DNA from: Phoronis australis
Lineage: Eukaryota > Animalia > Phoronida
Length of the DNA: 64,000 bases
Assembly (NCBI GenBank): GCA_002633005.1
Contig: NMRA01000062.1
Span: forward strand, 1-64,000
Reading direction: 5' to 3'
The notes under the pieces were generated by a model. It worked only from the letters and a program-made list of their open reading frames with translations. It made no database searches and had not been told where the DNA came from. The position numbers were made by a program, and so were the translations under genes. How positions within the stretch are numbered: the stretch's first letter is position 1; the number at the start of each line of letters is the position of its first letter. Positions 38,301 to 53,300 of this stretch are shown here, piece after piece.

Positions 38301-41300
38301 AGTGAAAGTGACCATAAGGGGAGGCTCCTTGTGACAAATGATTGACATGTGTTTGCTTGTCGTTGCAGTAATACCCACCGTTGTAAACCGACTAGGAGAT
38401 AATAAGGATGAAGTGAGAGAAAGTGCTCAAGAGTTGTTAGTCAGGTTGATGTGTCCAGCCTCATCGCCAGCTGTAAGTTTGGATATTGTATTAACTGGGG
38501 CAGGCAGGTGGTGCCATCTTCAGGGTTGAAGGTATTGGGGGTTTGAATGTGTTCTTTCTCTGATGACACTGACTGGGGGTGGAGATAGCGATATTGTGCT
38601 AATTTCAGGATTGAAGATATTGTCGGTTTGAATGTGTTGTATCTCTGATGATACTAATTGAGTGAGAATTTTTAAACGCAAGTTTTGTGTTTTTGTTGGC
38701 TTCAAGACGTAGTTGTTTTTTTTACTGCTCTACATCTTGAACGGCAATTAAAGTCTATGCTGGTTTACTGCCAAACGAACTTATAAATCGCACTGCTTTA
38801 ATATCGCGGGGTAGTTGCCTCCATATTTTGATACAGATTTCACTATAAAAGTTGTTACCTCCAACTTGCTACTGTAGTGGGGCCTTTAGCTGAAATTTGC
38901 CGTACCCTCGCAGTGAATCAGGACACTTAGTGCTGGCTGCTGGTAAAGAGACATTCACCGTTTGAACTTACAATTATGTTAAATGCAAATGGCTGTTAAA
39001 CATTTGATCATCAGACAACCAAATTTTAATAACAAGAACCAAAATTTGAATCAAAGGCAACTAGGCAAAATAATGTTTTTTCTGCTCAGATGGTATCAAT
39101 GCAGTTTCAAGGAAAACTTGGCAGTCATTCAGCTTTCATCCCTAATCTGATGTACTGGGGACTGGGGTGACGGAAATAAAAGAGAAATAGTTGATGATTT
39201 CTGATTTCGGCCAAGGCTTAAAGTTTGTTCAAAAAGGCTTGTGGTTTGGTAACAGAAAAAGAGGAAACATTGTACAACATTTCATATTAGTTAGTTTGGT
39301 ATGTATTTTCAAATGTTTGAACTAGATGAACTCCTGTAGGTCTTTAATTGCCTTGACCCTGAGTGTAGGAGATTGTAAGTGATGTTTCTCTCATACCCTT
39401 AGTCAAGCATAAACATGTAAAGCTGGTTCATCTTAGATTTACCTTGAGTATGAGAGGTATTGGGCATTGTTGTCTTTCCTGTTTCAGTATGTGTTTGACC
39501 GTCTACAGAGTAGCTTTACACACAAACTGTGGCGCGTGAGAGAAGAAACACTGATCTGTTTACAGAACACGTTGAAATAGTGAGTCGTCAACTGTTTATC
39601 CTAGGACATTTTTAATCCTAAATGAGTCGCCCAAGGAGCATTGGTTGGTTGTAATTGTTTACTTGTTTGGTATCTACTACATTATACATAATTGTAGACG
39701 TTCATAAAGCACTTATAATGACTGGTTGCATGACTGGTCACATGACTTGTATGACTCCTGCTGCCACTTGGTGGCATTGGAATCAATATTAACTTAAAAA
39801 ACCCACTGTTCCTGGCCAGAAAAGAAGTATTTTAGTGAAGTAGCCTCCTTGTCCACTAGAGGGCAGTGTCGGATACCAGTCTCATTACTTGATGAACATG
39901 TGTGCCCACTGACTACTTTATTCCTGTATTTTCTGGTAGCATTTAAAAATTCAAAAGTCCTGAATGTAAAGCCATGGACTAATTTTCGAATACATGGCCA
40001 TGTGGCCCAAGTTTCAAATATCAAGTTGTATTCCCAGCCATTGTCTTTCTTGTGTTTTCGACCAATTTGCTGGAAGCAAAATAATACATACTGCCAAAAT
40101 TTATGAAACTTTGTCTGCCTAAGCATTCCGTGATTATAAAACCAAGCAGTTTGCGTTGTAAAGTTCAAAATGGCGGGCGTGGTCTTAATATAATCAAAAT
40201 GATGGATTTTGTGGGATAATCAAAACTTGAGTCTCGAATGCAAGACTATACTCAAATATCCAACTATGGCCTTGGTGTCTGTCAAAAATACTTGCACAAA
40301 AATTTCAGTGAAGAATCACTGTTCTGATCTAGTCTGCTCCTCCTTGGTTGTACTTCAAGAAGTGTAGAACTAGACTCACAACCACCTAATCTATACTCAA
40401 GACGTTATTCCAACAATAATTACGCCTTAGTTGTCATTTTTGTATTTGAGTGTTAGATAAAGTATGGAGGACTGGGGTTCTTGTCTCTAAAAGGGAACAG
40501 TGCTGCACTCTGTTGATCAAGTTGCCCAGTTAATTTCAATATTTTTTTCAGAGATGCAGAAGGAGTTCTCTTGTAGCTTTAGTCAGCGTTTCACTAACAA
40601 AAAAAGTTGTAAATTTTGGTCGTAATTTTACGCCGTCGTGAAATCTGTCCCATAAAGTCGTAAACATGATGGCAATAGCTTAGCATTTTTAAGAAGACCA
40701 TGAATTTTTGAGAAACTGACTTTAACACATTTGGAGTACCTGATATTGTCAAGCGATATAGACTTGACAGGCAGCCAATCGATTTTTGTTGAATACACTG
40801 AGGAAAGACCTGTGCTGTCACATTCAGAACTAAAGTGATACTGGAGGCCATTACTTTCATGGCATCCGTTCTGGTTCTCTCCAGGCAGCTGAGATTACCC
40901 GCAAAATAATTAGAACTTGTATCAAATGCCTGCGTGGGAATAATTCATTCTTTTGAAGGGGGTAATAACCTCCAGGGTGGTCTATTCCAATATCCAGGAA
41001 CAGAAATAGCATTATGGCATCGTTTAGGTTAACAAATGAAATTCGCTGAATATTTCCAGATTTTCTGATTTAAAATCAAGTGGCACAATAGTTTTTGAAG
41101 CTTTTGCTTTCTAATTAAAAATCTGCTGATTTTGGTTTGCGGATTTTAGCTAGTACATGTTGCGGCAATTGTTTTGTAAATCTGGCTGGTCTTTGTGTTG
41201 AAGTGGTTGTAAGCCATGGTTGTAACTTGGTGTAAACTAACAGTCGTTCACACATCCTGCCTTATTCTCATTGCAGTTATGGTGCTAAAAGTTTGACTCT

Positions 41301-44300
41301 GAGTCGTCTTGTACCCTCTGTGGTACAGTTATTAGAAGACCAAAATAGTCAGGTAAGTTCTCAAGTGACTTGCGTGTTGCCATGCTGTGCACAGCGACAT
41401 GATTAGGCTGTTTACTAGACTGGTTAATACAGGATGTCTAAATTGAAAAGCTAAGAGTCTGGAGTGGGTGTTAAGTTTAGAACGTGGGCGTTAACAAGTG
41501 AACTTTGAAAATTCAAGGTGGCCATGTAGTTGGACAAGGGCTTTAACCTTGAGGGGGGTAGTATTTGTTTGTGCATATGAACATGGGTCGAACTGTTAAA
41601 TTGATGGTTGTTAAATAGATAGAAGTTAGACATGGGAAGTATTTTTTAGTCGATAGTGTTGTCAGTCTCTGTATAATGTTATGCCATGACCGGTTGTAAG
41701 TGACGATAACCTTGAATATCGCCGTCTATGTCTCTTTAGGAGGTACAGAACAGTTCTCACTGGGTTTTGCCTAGCAAAACACACATCACTTGATTTGTAA
41801 CCTTTTCTTCACTCTGTCAAAAACAGGATGCAAAGAATGGCATGTTTTCAATTATTTCACATAAAAAGCCCAGCAGATGAGCACAGAAACTTTATTCTTT
41901 CTTGTATTTTTGACCATTTCATTCCCACTGACAACCAAGCTAGACTAAGAAAAATAAGGGCAAAAAAATGCAAAATCGGCACTTTTCACCCGAAAAACAC
42001 CACTTCCCTGCCGATGCACGACTAAAACCAAACTTAGAGTCTGAAAGCAAATTTCCTACCGATTCAGAAAATGTGGTCCAAAAGTACTGTCAACCAACTA
42101 GTTTTTTTGCAATTCTTGCTTGTTTGAGGGCTACCTAAAATCACAGCCAATTTCTCGGTCGCTACCCAACAATGCACAATTGCAGCCGGGGGCCGCCATC
42201 TTGAAGAAGAGTGCAGCTACAGCCAAGAAAGTGGCCTTTTTTTATTCACAGCATGTTCACAAATACAAACAAACCACATTCACTGAGCCTACGTGCAATG
42301 CCCACCTACAAAATGCCCCCAAACTTGGCCTACCCCAAAATTTCTATATTTTGGGAGTGCAAATTGGCCGCGGCCGCAGCCTAACTATTCAGTGCCACCT
42401 TAAAGCACCAATTTTCTACAAGAGGTTCGCCTCTTCTACGTTACAGTTTCCTGTTTGTGACCACTGAGTTAATGTTTGTCTGCTAACCGTGTGCAGGTGC
42501 GGGAGACTGCCATCAACACGCTGGTGGAGATCTACCGCCATGTGGGGGAGCGTGTGCGCCGTGACCTAGGGCACAAAGACATACCACAACACAAGATGAA
42601 TGTCATCCAGGCCAGAATGGACGAGGTCAAGAGGTCAGGCAACATGGTGGCCACGGCCGACCTGAGTAAGTAATTGAAAATATGGCATGTTGGGTTTAGA
42701 TGGATTAGAAAGATATTCCCTTTGTATTTACCGCATAAAATGTGACCTGTTAATAGGGCTACTAAATCAAATGGATGTGTCACAAACCTTTTTTAACCTT
42801 GATGGCAAGAAAAAAGAGTGTATTGAAGCCATCATTTTGGTATAAGGAATGTGTATGCTGTTGAAAAATTGGCTGGTTTCATGTCATTTCCTTCTGGCAC
42901 TAGAACCCTACTTGGGTCATAGTGAAGATGAGGTTGAGACCCTTCAGTTCAGGTTGAATGGCTTATTTCATTAAAAGTAAAAAAATTAATGATAGCTTAA
43001 AGGGATAAGTTAGCTCTTTTGAAAACGTTTTTGGTCAGTTTGACTTATTTCACTCACTTTAAACGGTATTTTTAACCTTTTTGGTTGACTTCTAAAAATT
43101 ACTTCAATGAAAATAACTATTCCTCAAACAAAAAGTGTAACAATGAATAAACTGTGATTGTATTAACTGTTCTCAACAGGCTTTGTTCCCTCGCTTTTCC
43201 ATTCTGATAACTGAGCTCAATGGGCACAGACGTCCACCGATTTTCAATCCCAGGTCCGTTGCCTAGCAATTTGCCATTTAACATATTAAGCAATGATGCC
43301 AGAAACAGGCAATAAAACTATTATAATTATGAGACTGATTCAGTTATTCATACACACACTATTTACCCTGTCTTCAGGTTTAACGAGTTTTTGTCTTCAT
43401 TTTTTATTAAAAAAATGTCTGAATACCTCTGATCATGTGTAGTCTGAATATGCCGATTGGCCAAAACTCCTTCAAAAAAGACAGTCTCTGACTGTTGGTG
43501 GCATGTCTCTTTGTATACACTGGTCACATGATATGTAAGGACAGTCTGTGTGAGGTCAGGTCAGACTGTAGTCCACACCTCAGGCTAGAAGAAGGTATCC
43601 AGTCTGCACTTAAGTTAAGTGACATTGTTATTGAGTGAATGAAACTACCTCGTGGAACTTTCACGCGATGTTGTTGGTCAGTTTTTTAGTCCAATCTGGA
43701 AAATAGTTTGATTGTCATTGTCATTGTCCTGGACTTAAGTATATGATTTGTCTCAACTTCCAAACTTTGAAACTTCCACATTGGGTAAGTTAGTCAAAAT
43801 CGTAAGTCAAACTTAAGATCTTTCTTTTGAAACAGACTTGAGGCTAGTTCCTATTTTATGTTAAAATTGGCTGAAATTTAAGATTTTCCTGGTCAGTTTT
43901 TCTGGAATGGGCTGTTGGATTACATTTTCACATTGGCCTTTTGGTGCTCAGCTATCTTAAACTGGACATAATTATCAAGGAGTTCAGGGCTTGGAATTTT
44001 CCGCGGAAACGCGGATTTCCGCTTGTTTCAAATGTTCTGTCCGCGTATTTTATTATATTTCCGCGTAAAAAAATCGGATTTGATATAAAATTTCCGCGGC
44101 AAATTTCTTTCTTACCGCCGCGTTGCCGCCGACTTTTACTTCGAAAACCGGAAGTTGCTCTTTGTGTTTCGGAGGAACGTAAATTGTCAACATTGCCGGG
44201 GCATCTGGGATAGCGTGGTGGATTTCCTCAATGGCGGGTCGTGTGATTGGAAACCGCGGTGACAAATACTAGGACTCTGCAGCCAAAAATGTTTGGAGGT

Positions 44301-47300
44301 GGGAGTGGCGGACGAGCTAAGACAGACGCAGACGCACGCTTCTGGAGGTGGTAGGTGCTATCGTTTTTTTTTTTTTAGTCCTCCAGATTTTCGTCAGCAA
44401 AAGGTCCACACCGACTTTTTCAAGGCTGGCCGCGCGCATGTTTCGGGCCGTAAGAAATTTCCGAGTTTTTCGCCATTGTTCATTCCAAGCCCTGGGAGTT
44501 AGAAGTAGATGAGTATTCCTTGTGTAGAGTACAGTTAGTGACCATAGGAGAATTTTACACATATCTATCTGTGGCCAAAGTTATGTGAACCTTTATTTTG
44601 TTAAAAATTGATCATTTTCTGGTGGGCACCTTAAGTGTGAAGCATGTGACTTGGCAGTGTTCATGTGATCCATATGGTTCAACTTTTGGTTCAATATATG
44701 CTCAATAGGTGGAGTGTGGGATTGTGGTGTTTAAGATCTACAGGTATCAAAATATGTAGCATCACTGTGAACATTGGTTACTGCTTGACTTGTGAATAAT
44801 ACATTAAATCACTCTCTTGCTGTGTCTAGTTAGTAGGCAAGAAATTATTTAAGGTACTCAGCGAGCGAATATCAAGTAAAATATATTCTGACTTGCGAAT
44901 AAAATATGTCAAATATTATGAAATGAACATGAATCTTAACAACAGTGAAGAATATATGTTGACAAAACTGGATAACACAGATACATTTGTGTTGTGTGGT
45001 TAACAGTACCTTTTGCTTTTGTCAGTTTCTAATGTTTATTACTCACTTGCCCTACATTAATTATCATGGTTTAACTTTGAACAGCTGACTGTGGGAGTTC
45101 AAACCAACAATAAGTTTAGTTATAGCCTAAGGCTGTTCTTACAGACAAAGTGGGTATGATGTGTAGGGGTCTTCACTACAGAAAATTCATCTTCACACGA
45201 ATTTTAAAGATTCCTGTCCGTGTTGGGAAGTTCATCTCCTAACTTGATAAAGAGATGACGATAATCTCACAAAAGTTCAAATTCACTGCACAGGCTTTCA
45301 AACTGGGCTTTGGTCAGTGTGAACTCCATGTGGTTAGTGTGACAGGTTGTAAAGAGTAGTAACATGCTGCCTAAGGCTCACAACATAGGCCTGTGTCCAT
45401 GTCTAGCTTTTTCACACCCATTTCAAACACAAAGATAAGTCATTACCCAGCACTGTGGTCATTTCAATACCTATTATTTAATGTAAACATTCTGTTTCAA
45501 TAAGGAATTGTCTTGTTCCTAGCCAGTTCCTTGGTAGTTCACAATGTTGTCCAACTTTTACATACCAATTTTTGCTGGGGCTTTTGTCTGTCTTCATTGT
45601 GAACTGTCCCCTGTTGAATACCTGTGGCTTTTAGTGAAAGACCTGTGTAGTAACCATTCACTGATTAGGCCTAGTAAAGGAAGGTGATACTATGAAACAC
45701 AAGGCTAGCAGATAGATTCGCACTATGTAGATAGGTTCATACCACGTAGATGGATGTACACCATACAATCACATGGCCAATGAAACTTTAGTTTCTTTGC
45801 TTAATGTAGCACAGCTACAGTAAACATTAGATTTTATTTTCCGATCCTTCCGAGGCAGAGATTTTTTTACCAGTGTGGCATTAGTCTTGGCTGGGTTATA
45901 TTGATTCCAGGCAGGTTTCGTGTCTAACGCAATTATCTGTGTGAAATGTATGCCTGGTGTATGTCAGGTACTTATTAGAGTTGAGAGGGAGATGCGCCAC
46001 TAGTCAGGTGTGAAGAACGTTAGGGTGTACCTGACCTCAGGAGTTGCGCATTGTACTATTAACATCACTTGAACATTTTTGGAATAGTTATGTAAATGAT
46101 GTTGCCTGTGATGGCTGTTGAGGTTGTTGGACACAAACACGTTGCCCTGAACTGAGTGTTCCATCGGCTGGTGAGAGCAGGAGATAGACATTCGCAACCA
46201 ACCCAGTCATCTCCCATATCTATGAGGATACGTGATGTCTTTATCTGTTATAGACTTTTAGACCATACATACCGACATTGATGTCTTCCAGTTTGTGTTT
46301 GACATACAGGAAAAGGTCTTTTTCACCATTGGATTTTGTTACCGAGGAAACCTTGTTTTTATACCCTGGTTAGAGTAATGTGATATTCAGGGACAGTCTG
46401 ACATTCATTCACCACTTAATGAATGACATTTAGACTGTGTTCTACTGATGAGGTTAATCTGTGTACTGTTTAATTATTCACAGCCAACAGATGGTCAGAG
46501 ACTCATTGTGATACAGTCGAGTCAGAGCGGACACTGAGCCTATCTTTCTGTTGGTTCTGTGTGCCATTTGCATCACAGAAGACTTATCTGGATATGTGAT
46601 ATCATGTCATTGCAAGGATCACATATTTCACAAGCACCGATTTTACTGAGACCTAATTTGTTGTGAAATTGGTCGAGCGCGACCCATTTTTTGACATTGT
46701 GGAATGCGAAAAAACACAGTTGCATTGATCGTGTTCAATAGAGTGTAAGGTTACAGTATCTGTGTCAACTCGACACAGGTTGTAGTGTAAGGCCATTGTA
46801 TGACCATTGTGTGGCCTGACCCTGAAGTGACTTCTGTGCTTCTCCGATGTAATTTAACATGAGATTTGAACAAGTGACTCCAGTAGCTGTGACCTACCTG
46901 TCAGGGTGAGGGTTACATTCTAAGGACACGACTTTTTTTGCCAGGGACACCTGTTGAGGGCATTGAGGAATATTTATTGGTTTACATTAATGTTGTGTGT
47001 GGATTGCCAAGACATTACTGTGGTTAGGATATGCCCTCTCAGCTGTACAGGGTGACATAACTGGTCAAATACCTGGTCTGTGTTGGTAGATAAAGGAAGG
47101 ATTAAGTGTTGCATCAGGGCACTGGTCAGGGGTGGGCTTGGCAGGAGTGTCCCTCCTAATGTGTTAACTCTTGACAAGAGTCTTCAGTAGAGTTTGACAG
47201 GCTTCTGTATCTAACTGTGCACCATTCGCAGGAGCAATATTTACCTAGATCTGTTAACTGTGTTCTCACTAGACGGGTTAGACATTCTTGTTAGATACTG

Positions 47301-50300
47301 AGAATACCTGAACTCACATTTACCCTGTCTGCACCATGAGAGCAAGTCAAGAACAAGCCAACATATTCAGCTGAGTTGTTGTCATCCAGTGATAACTGTG
47401 CAGTATGACCAAATCTCTGAACTAAGTACTTCTGACAATAACGTATTGGATAGTCCAGCAGATTTTCCAGAACTAGTTTGGAAACCTGGCAATTACTTGG
47501 TGTGGAGTGATCGTGTTGTTCAATGTGAGTAAGAAGAAGGTTTTCACATTGGGGTGAAGGCGAGACGACAAGACTGTTAGGCCCTCCCCCGTCAACGCCA
47601 GATGAGGGGATACTTGAATGTGACAGGGATCTGGTGTGAAACCTTAAGTGACCCTCTGTATTAAAGCACTGGTCTCAAAAAGGAACGTTGTGACCCCACA
47701 AAGCCAGTGTATCAGTTGCACAACCACTGTGTGGAACCTACAAAGCCAGTGTATCAGTTGCACAACCCATGTGTGGAACCTACAAAGCCTGTGTATCAGT
47801 TGCACAACCCATGTGTGGCACCTACAAAGCCTGTGTATCAGTTGTACTACCCATGTGTGGACCAATCCCTCTAGTCACTTGTTCTCTGTGTCCCTGACCA
47901 CTGCAAGTCCTTACGCAATCCTGTGAATGAGTAAATGCCCACAAAGCCAATACCTACACTTTAGGGTTTGGACCTCTTGTGTTTGATGTTTTCCTAGTTG
48001 GCTGTGATCAGTGGAGATAAGAACTCATTCATCTACTCTGTTTGAAGTGCCAGCAACCATTCATCCCACTCAAACAAGATTACCTGGTCAATTGTGCAAC
48101 CCTTCTATTTGGTAATTATCAGGATTCCAGGCATTATTTCACTTGACTTTGCCACCTTCATTGCCCAAGCTTGGTGTTGGACATCACACCATAGACTGGT
48201 TACTTGTGAATGTTGGGCCCAGTTGAAGACTGAAGGTTGTCTTATCACATTCCACTCACAACTGTTATGATTGACAGCCGTTGAATGCTGTAATTACCCA
48301 GGACTCCAGTTTTGCATCCAATCTCCTCAGCATTAACAGGTTAATGAGGTGACTTGTTCTATTCCATTCGTTGCACTGGACGCCTGATTGTCAGTAACGA
48401 CTTGGGTCACCTTCACAGTATGGTGATTGCAGGTTGGAACTCAAGTTTTAACTGTGGTCGTCTAAAGGATGTGAGTTGTACGTGACAAGTGCCTACAGAC
48501 TGAGGACTAGTATGGAGCCTAAGAGTATCCGTGAGAGTATCAACCTGCTGTACCAACTGAACAGAGACTGCGCCAACCTGTTCAGTTCTACCGTTCCTCA
48601 CACTGAAGTGAGGGAACGGAAATCTGAGGATTTCACAGGAGGAACATTTTCCAGGCAAGGATTAGGGCGAGCGAGCATTGGACGGCATCGCAGTCCATCT
48701 GAGAGCTCCGGCATTCCTGTGTCGCGATCACGATGTTATTCAGAATCGAGATCACATGAGGAACAATGGAATGAAGTGCTGGAACACTTCTCGTCACTGC
48801 GTCACTCAGATGATGTCAACCCCGTGGTCTCTCCCTATGGTTCAGTGTCTGACTCATCTTCAAAAGATGACCAGTCACGCAAGTCGAGTATAAGTGAAGG
48901 TCATACTTCTAGTCACCAGGACATGCTGAGTCCCACCTCGGACTACTTTAGTCCAACCTATCCCCTCTCGCCCAGGGAATTGGCCGACAGAGACGACGGT
49001 TCCGATACCAGCTCAGGCAAAAAATACAACCACCTGTTTGGAAATATTGTTGTGAAGCGGAAAAGCAGCATCCCTGTTTTATCACCAAGTATGTTGAATT
49101 TCTTGTTTTTTTATTTGAATAGTTCCAGTGGATCAGTAGAGGTGTCGGTAGGTTTTCGATATTTTTTGTCTTTTGCAAGTTCTGGTAAGTCCCGGTCTGT
49201 GTCGGGTTGACTGAGCCAAAACTTCAGCTATTCTTTTACTGTGAGAAATCCTTGCTTATTGAAAGAAAATAATAAATTTTCCTTCAAGAAAAAAATAATA
49301 AATTTTCCTTCAAGATCTGACTTTTTTGCTATTCCCCTGGCCTGTTGCCCTTCCGGCATTTTTCTTTTAAGTTTAAGGCACCTGTTGTGTGACTCAAGTA
49401 ATAAAAATGTTTGGCTACTAGGATTTTAACTGCTGTGAGGACCTGTGTTGTGTTAAAGTAATCATTAACCTTCATGGTAGTTTTATAAAATATGCACTAT
49501 TCTCGTCTTCCATAAAGTAATATCTGAATGTAGTTTTCAATGTTACTCTTAACATTTCTTTTAACGTGTACTATTTACACACGTGCCCAATATGGGTGTT
49601 GTTTGCGTGGAATCTTAATTGGCTGTATTCCTGCCTTTGACATTCGAGGTTAAAAGCAAATTAAAAAGGACGTCACTTCAGCATGTCTGTTGATTCCCAT
49701 GAATGTTCTATAGCCCAGGGAAGTTTTTCTCAGATTTTTCATTTTTCTTTGAACAACGGAGATATCTGTCGTCAAAAGGGAAGACTTGTTATAAAATAGG
49801 AGGCTGCTTTTTTCGTGAATCATTTAGTACCTGTGTTTGAAACACCTGGTGCTTTATCTTCAGATGATTATTGTTTTGTTGTTTGCATGCTGTTGTGAAG
49901 TTGTTGAGATTCGCTGTGATGGGTAAATTGATGCGATCATGTGATTTGCTGTGATGGGTAAATTGGTGCGACCGTGTGATTTGCTGTGATGGGATTTCCT
50001 GATGAATATTTGGGTGCTAGATGAATAGTTATCAATGTAATAGTTGTTAGATTGTATTTGAATTCTATTGTATTCTGTACTATCAACATAATGATTGGGA
50101 ACATATCACCAATTTCAAAGTCAGCGTGGCTCTGCTGCCATGATCTATTTATTCATTTGCAGTTGTTTTACTCAGCAATACATTGTGCCGGTTTCCTGAT
50201 CTCTGTGCGTTTGCCACTGCTGTTTTTCCTTGTCTCCACGTCATTAGCTCATGGGATTCCTTGGCCCCTTAGACCCACTCGGCCATGCTCCACTGTGGTC

Positions 50301-53300
50301 CTACTGACCAAGTGTTTCAGTATTGACTTTGTCACTTAATTCTTCAAGCACCCTGGCTTTGATGTAGGAATGGTTTGAACACAGATTGTTACAATGATGT
50401 CTTTTCTAGTTTACTTTCTCTGTCAATACAACAGAGGCGCAGCATCACACACGCAGTATCATGTTGCAAGGCCAATATTTATTCAAGTTTCATGACCATT
50501 TCATACTTCTCTCATCCAGTATACTGTAGGGTTGCCTGGTCCTACTTGTCCTGTTCTTTTCTTATGTCATTGGTGTTTGTTTTTGTCTAATGGTATGAAA
50601 TTAGATCTGGTCCCGTTGTTCATCGTTGTTCATCGCAGACTGGTCTGGAAGTCTTTGACCCGTCTTTCCATCTGTACCATTTCTGTGTTGTTGCTATTAC
50701 GCACATGCTTCTTTTTTGGATAACTCCATGTCATCAGACTCCCCACTGTGTAAATTTATTATCCAAACTGCTTTTGACACTGTATCACTTGGTTGTTATT
50801 CTGTCAGACCTGCCCAATTAGTGGCCCTTTTGCCCCAAGCTACCTCCAGTAACAAGTGATTACAGGGCTAATTGATGGACTTCCCCAGGGGACTGATATA
50901 TAGCCCATTAATGGCCCTCTTGTCATAAGCTGCTTCAAATAACAGGCGATAACTGATGAACATCCCACGGGGTTACAAGCGTGACAAGCGTTTTTGACAT
51001 TGTTAAATTTTCAAGTTAGAGGATCACCTTTTTATTATTTGCCTCCTGTGTGATGCGGGATTGGTTGGCAATGTTCTGTAGTGTTAGGCTGTGCCACAAA
51101 TTTTGAAACGAATTTTAGTGGAATTATTGTCTTTGATACTCGCAGTGGCGTCTTGGGATTCTTCCCAGGTCACTAAACACTATCAGAGAGCATTGCAGTG
51201 AATAAAAACAGGCATATTCAACCATAACCACTTTCCCCATTACTGTAAAATATTTGTGATTGATTTTTCAGATGCTTTCCAGTCTTAGATTTAGTAGTCT
51301 GTCCCAGTACATTTCAACCAGTCTTTTTCCACATAGTTTTGTTTTAGAAGTTCTATTTCACTGATGAGTGGAAGATGAGTCGATATGGCATTATTGAAAT
51401 AGCTTCACCAGGTGATAACCATTTGACTTTTGGTAGTTTGTTCTAGCACTTAATAACACTGGCGTATTTTCTTGTAATATATGTGATGGCTATTTTTGTT
51501 CTTTAACATTTCACAGACATGTTATGGTTCATTGGTCTTGTGGAAAAACACCAGAGTATAAGTTTTTCTTCTTGCAAAATGTTTCAGTTTTTATGTTTTG
51601 TCAGGAGATGGTAATTAAAGGTGATGAATTGTCAGATTTTCTGTGGCAGCTTGTATTTGAAGATCTATGCCTTATTGCCTTGAAATTTTGGTTTGTATGT
51701 CTATTATTGCACTCGGGTAAATTGTATCAAATTCTTTTGATCGGTCTACTAATAAGTAAAACCAGCTCTATTGAATGTCAAGCCAGAGGGAAGTGCAATG
51801 TTTTCTGTCTAAGCACTTGTATGCTTGTTTTCACTTCAGCACTGCTTGGATTATAGCCAACTACATACTTAGAGAATGCACTCCTGTATTCTCTTTTTCT
51901 TCTCATTACATGCGGTACACTCCATTCTGCCCTCTGCTTGTTAGGTTAAAATTTGATAAAAAGTTACTTGAAAGATTTTTCTAGTAGAAGCAAAACTGGT
52001 GGACTACGTCTACTAATTAAAGTATTATTTTAAACATTTTTGTATGAAGGGATGTTAGTGAGTTGGAGGTTTGTAGTAAAGTAAGTGAAGACGTTTCCCT
52101 TGACCTGTGCCATGTGCTTGTTCTAGCTTCGTTGCTGCCAAGAATGACGGCGAGGGGAGGCAAGTAACTTGCCCGTATTCCTTACCACGTATTCATTCCA
52201 TTCTGCTCTTTCATTTTCTCTCGGTCTTCCCATTTTGGAACCCTTGATATGTTTGCCTGCAGTTACATTTGATCGGTTTCTTCTCATGCTTTCTAGCGCA
52301 GACCAGAATAACTCAAAATACGATTTTGTTCTCTCACTTTGTTACTATTTCTGACAAAATTTGTTATGGACCCCATCAAGAACTAATTTGTGATTTTTTC
52401 CCACTACTTGTTTATTGCTGGTCTCAACTTTTATTGAACTAACACACGGATCGATTAGTCGACCTGCAGCTCGCCAATGTAACCTTAGATTCTGTTTGGC
52501 TGCTGGTAAAAATTCCAAGTCGCCACAATGTTGCCCAAATTTGGAGTTATAACCAAGTCCGACAAATAGCTATTGCCATATAATCATGTAATTGTGGTGA
52601 CTTCCAAGCTTTAGTAATGACTAAGGTAAATAACAACAACAAATTTGTTGTCATTGTGCACATAACCCATCTCCTATTTTTGCATTTGACTAAAAACAAA
52701 ATAAAGAAAAATGCTACCGAGGCATTTTTGAGGACGGACATTTGTCTTCTGCACTACGCTAAGCGTCACAGTAGAAGTGGTTCCTTGGCTTGAAAAAATG
52801 ACTGTTATTGTTTGAGGAAATGCTTGGTGCACAAAATGACATGTAAGTTCAAGGCAACTTTTTGAGCAGTAATGAACAACCAATTTCCCCAAGCCAAGAG
52901 ATCACTTCTAATCTAAGCATGGAACAATTTGAAATCAATTTTGTGACAGAAAGCGATCTAAATCGAAAGAGGACAGTTACGATTTTTTTGGCGTAGTGTA
53001 AACATGAAAGGTTACTTAGTATCTTGGCCTCCAGAGGGCGCCCCGTTTCTTCTATGTCTGTTGCCTGTCATATCACTGATGTTTGTTCCTTTCAGCTGCC
53101 CATTCCCGCTCCAAGTCAGTGGACGAGCTGGACTCTGCCAAGCCCCTGTTTAAGGCCCCCGCCCCTGTTGGCACTGGGCCAAAGAAGTCGGCTGGTAGAA
53201 AAAGTACCCTGACGGGCAAGTCAAATACAGGTACACAGCATGCACTCTGTAGGTTATTGTGAACACTGCAGTAGCAAATTGAAAATTGACAATTTTCATG

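Noticed and set aside
41736-42402. Kolobok-like MITE with TTAA ends
   Set aside because: Terminal inverted similarity is too degenerate to call confidently.
47644-47926. Cys-rich repeat protein ORFs
   Set aside because: Open only because a 42-bp minisatellite is a multiple of three; no splice or homology support.
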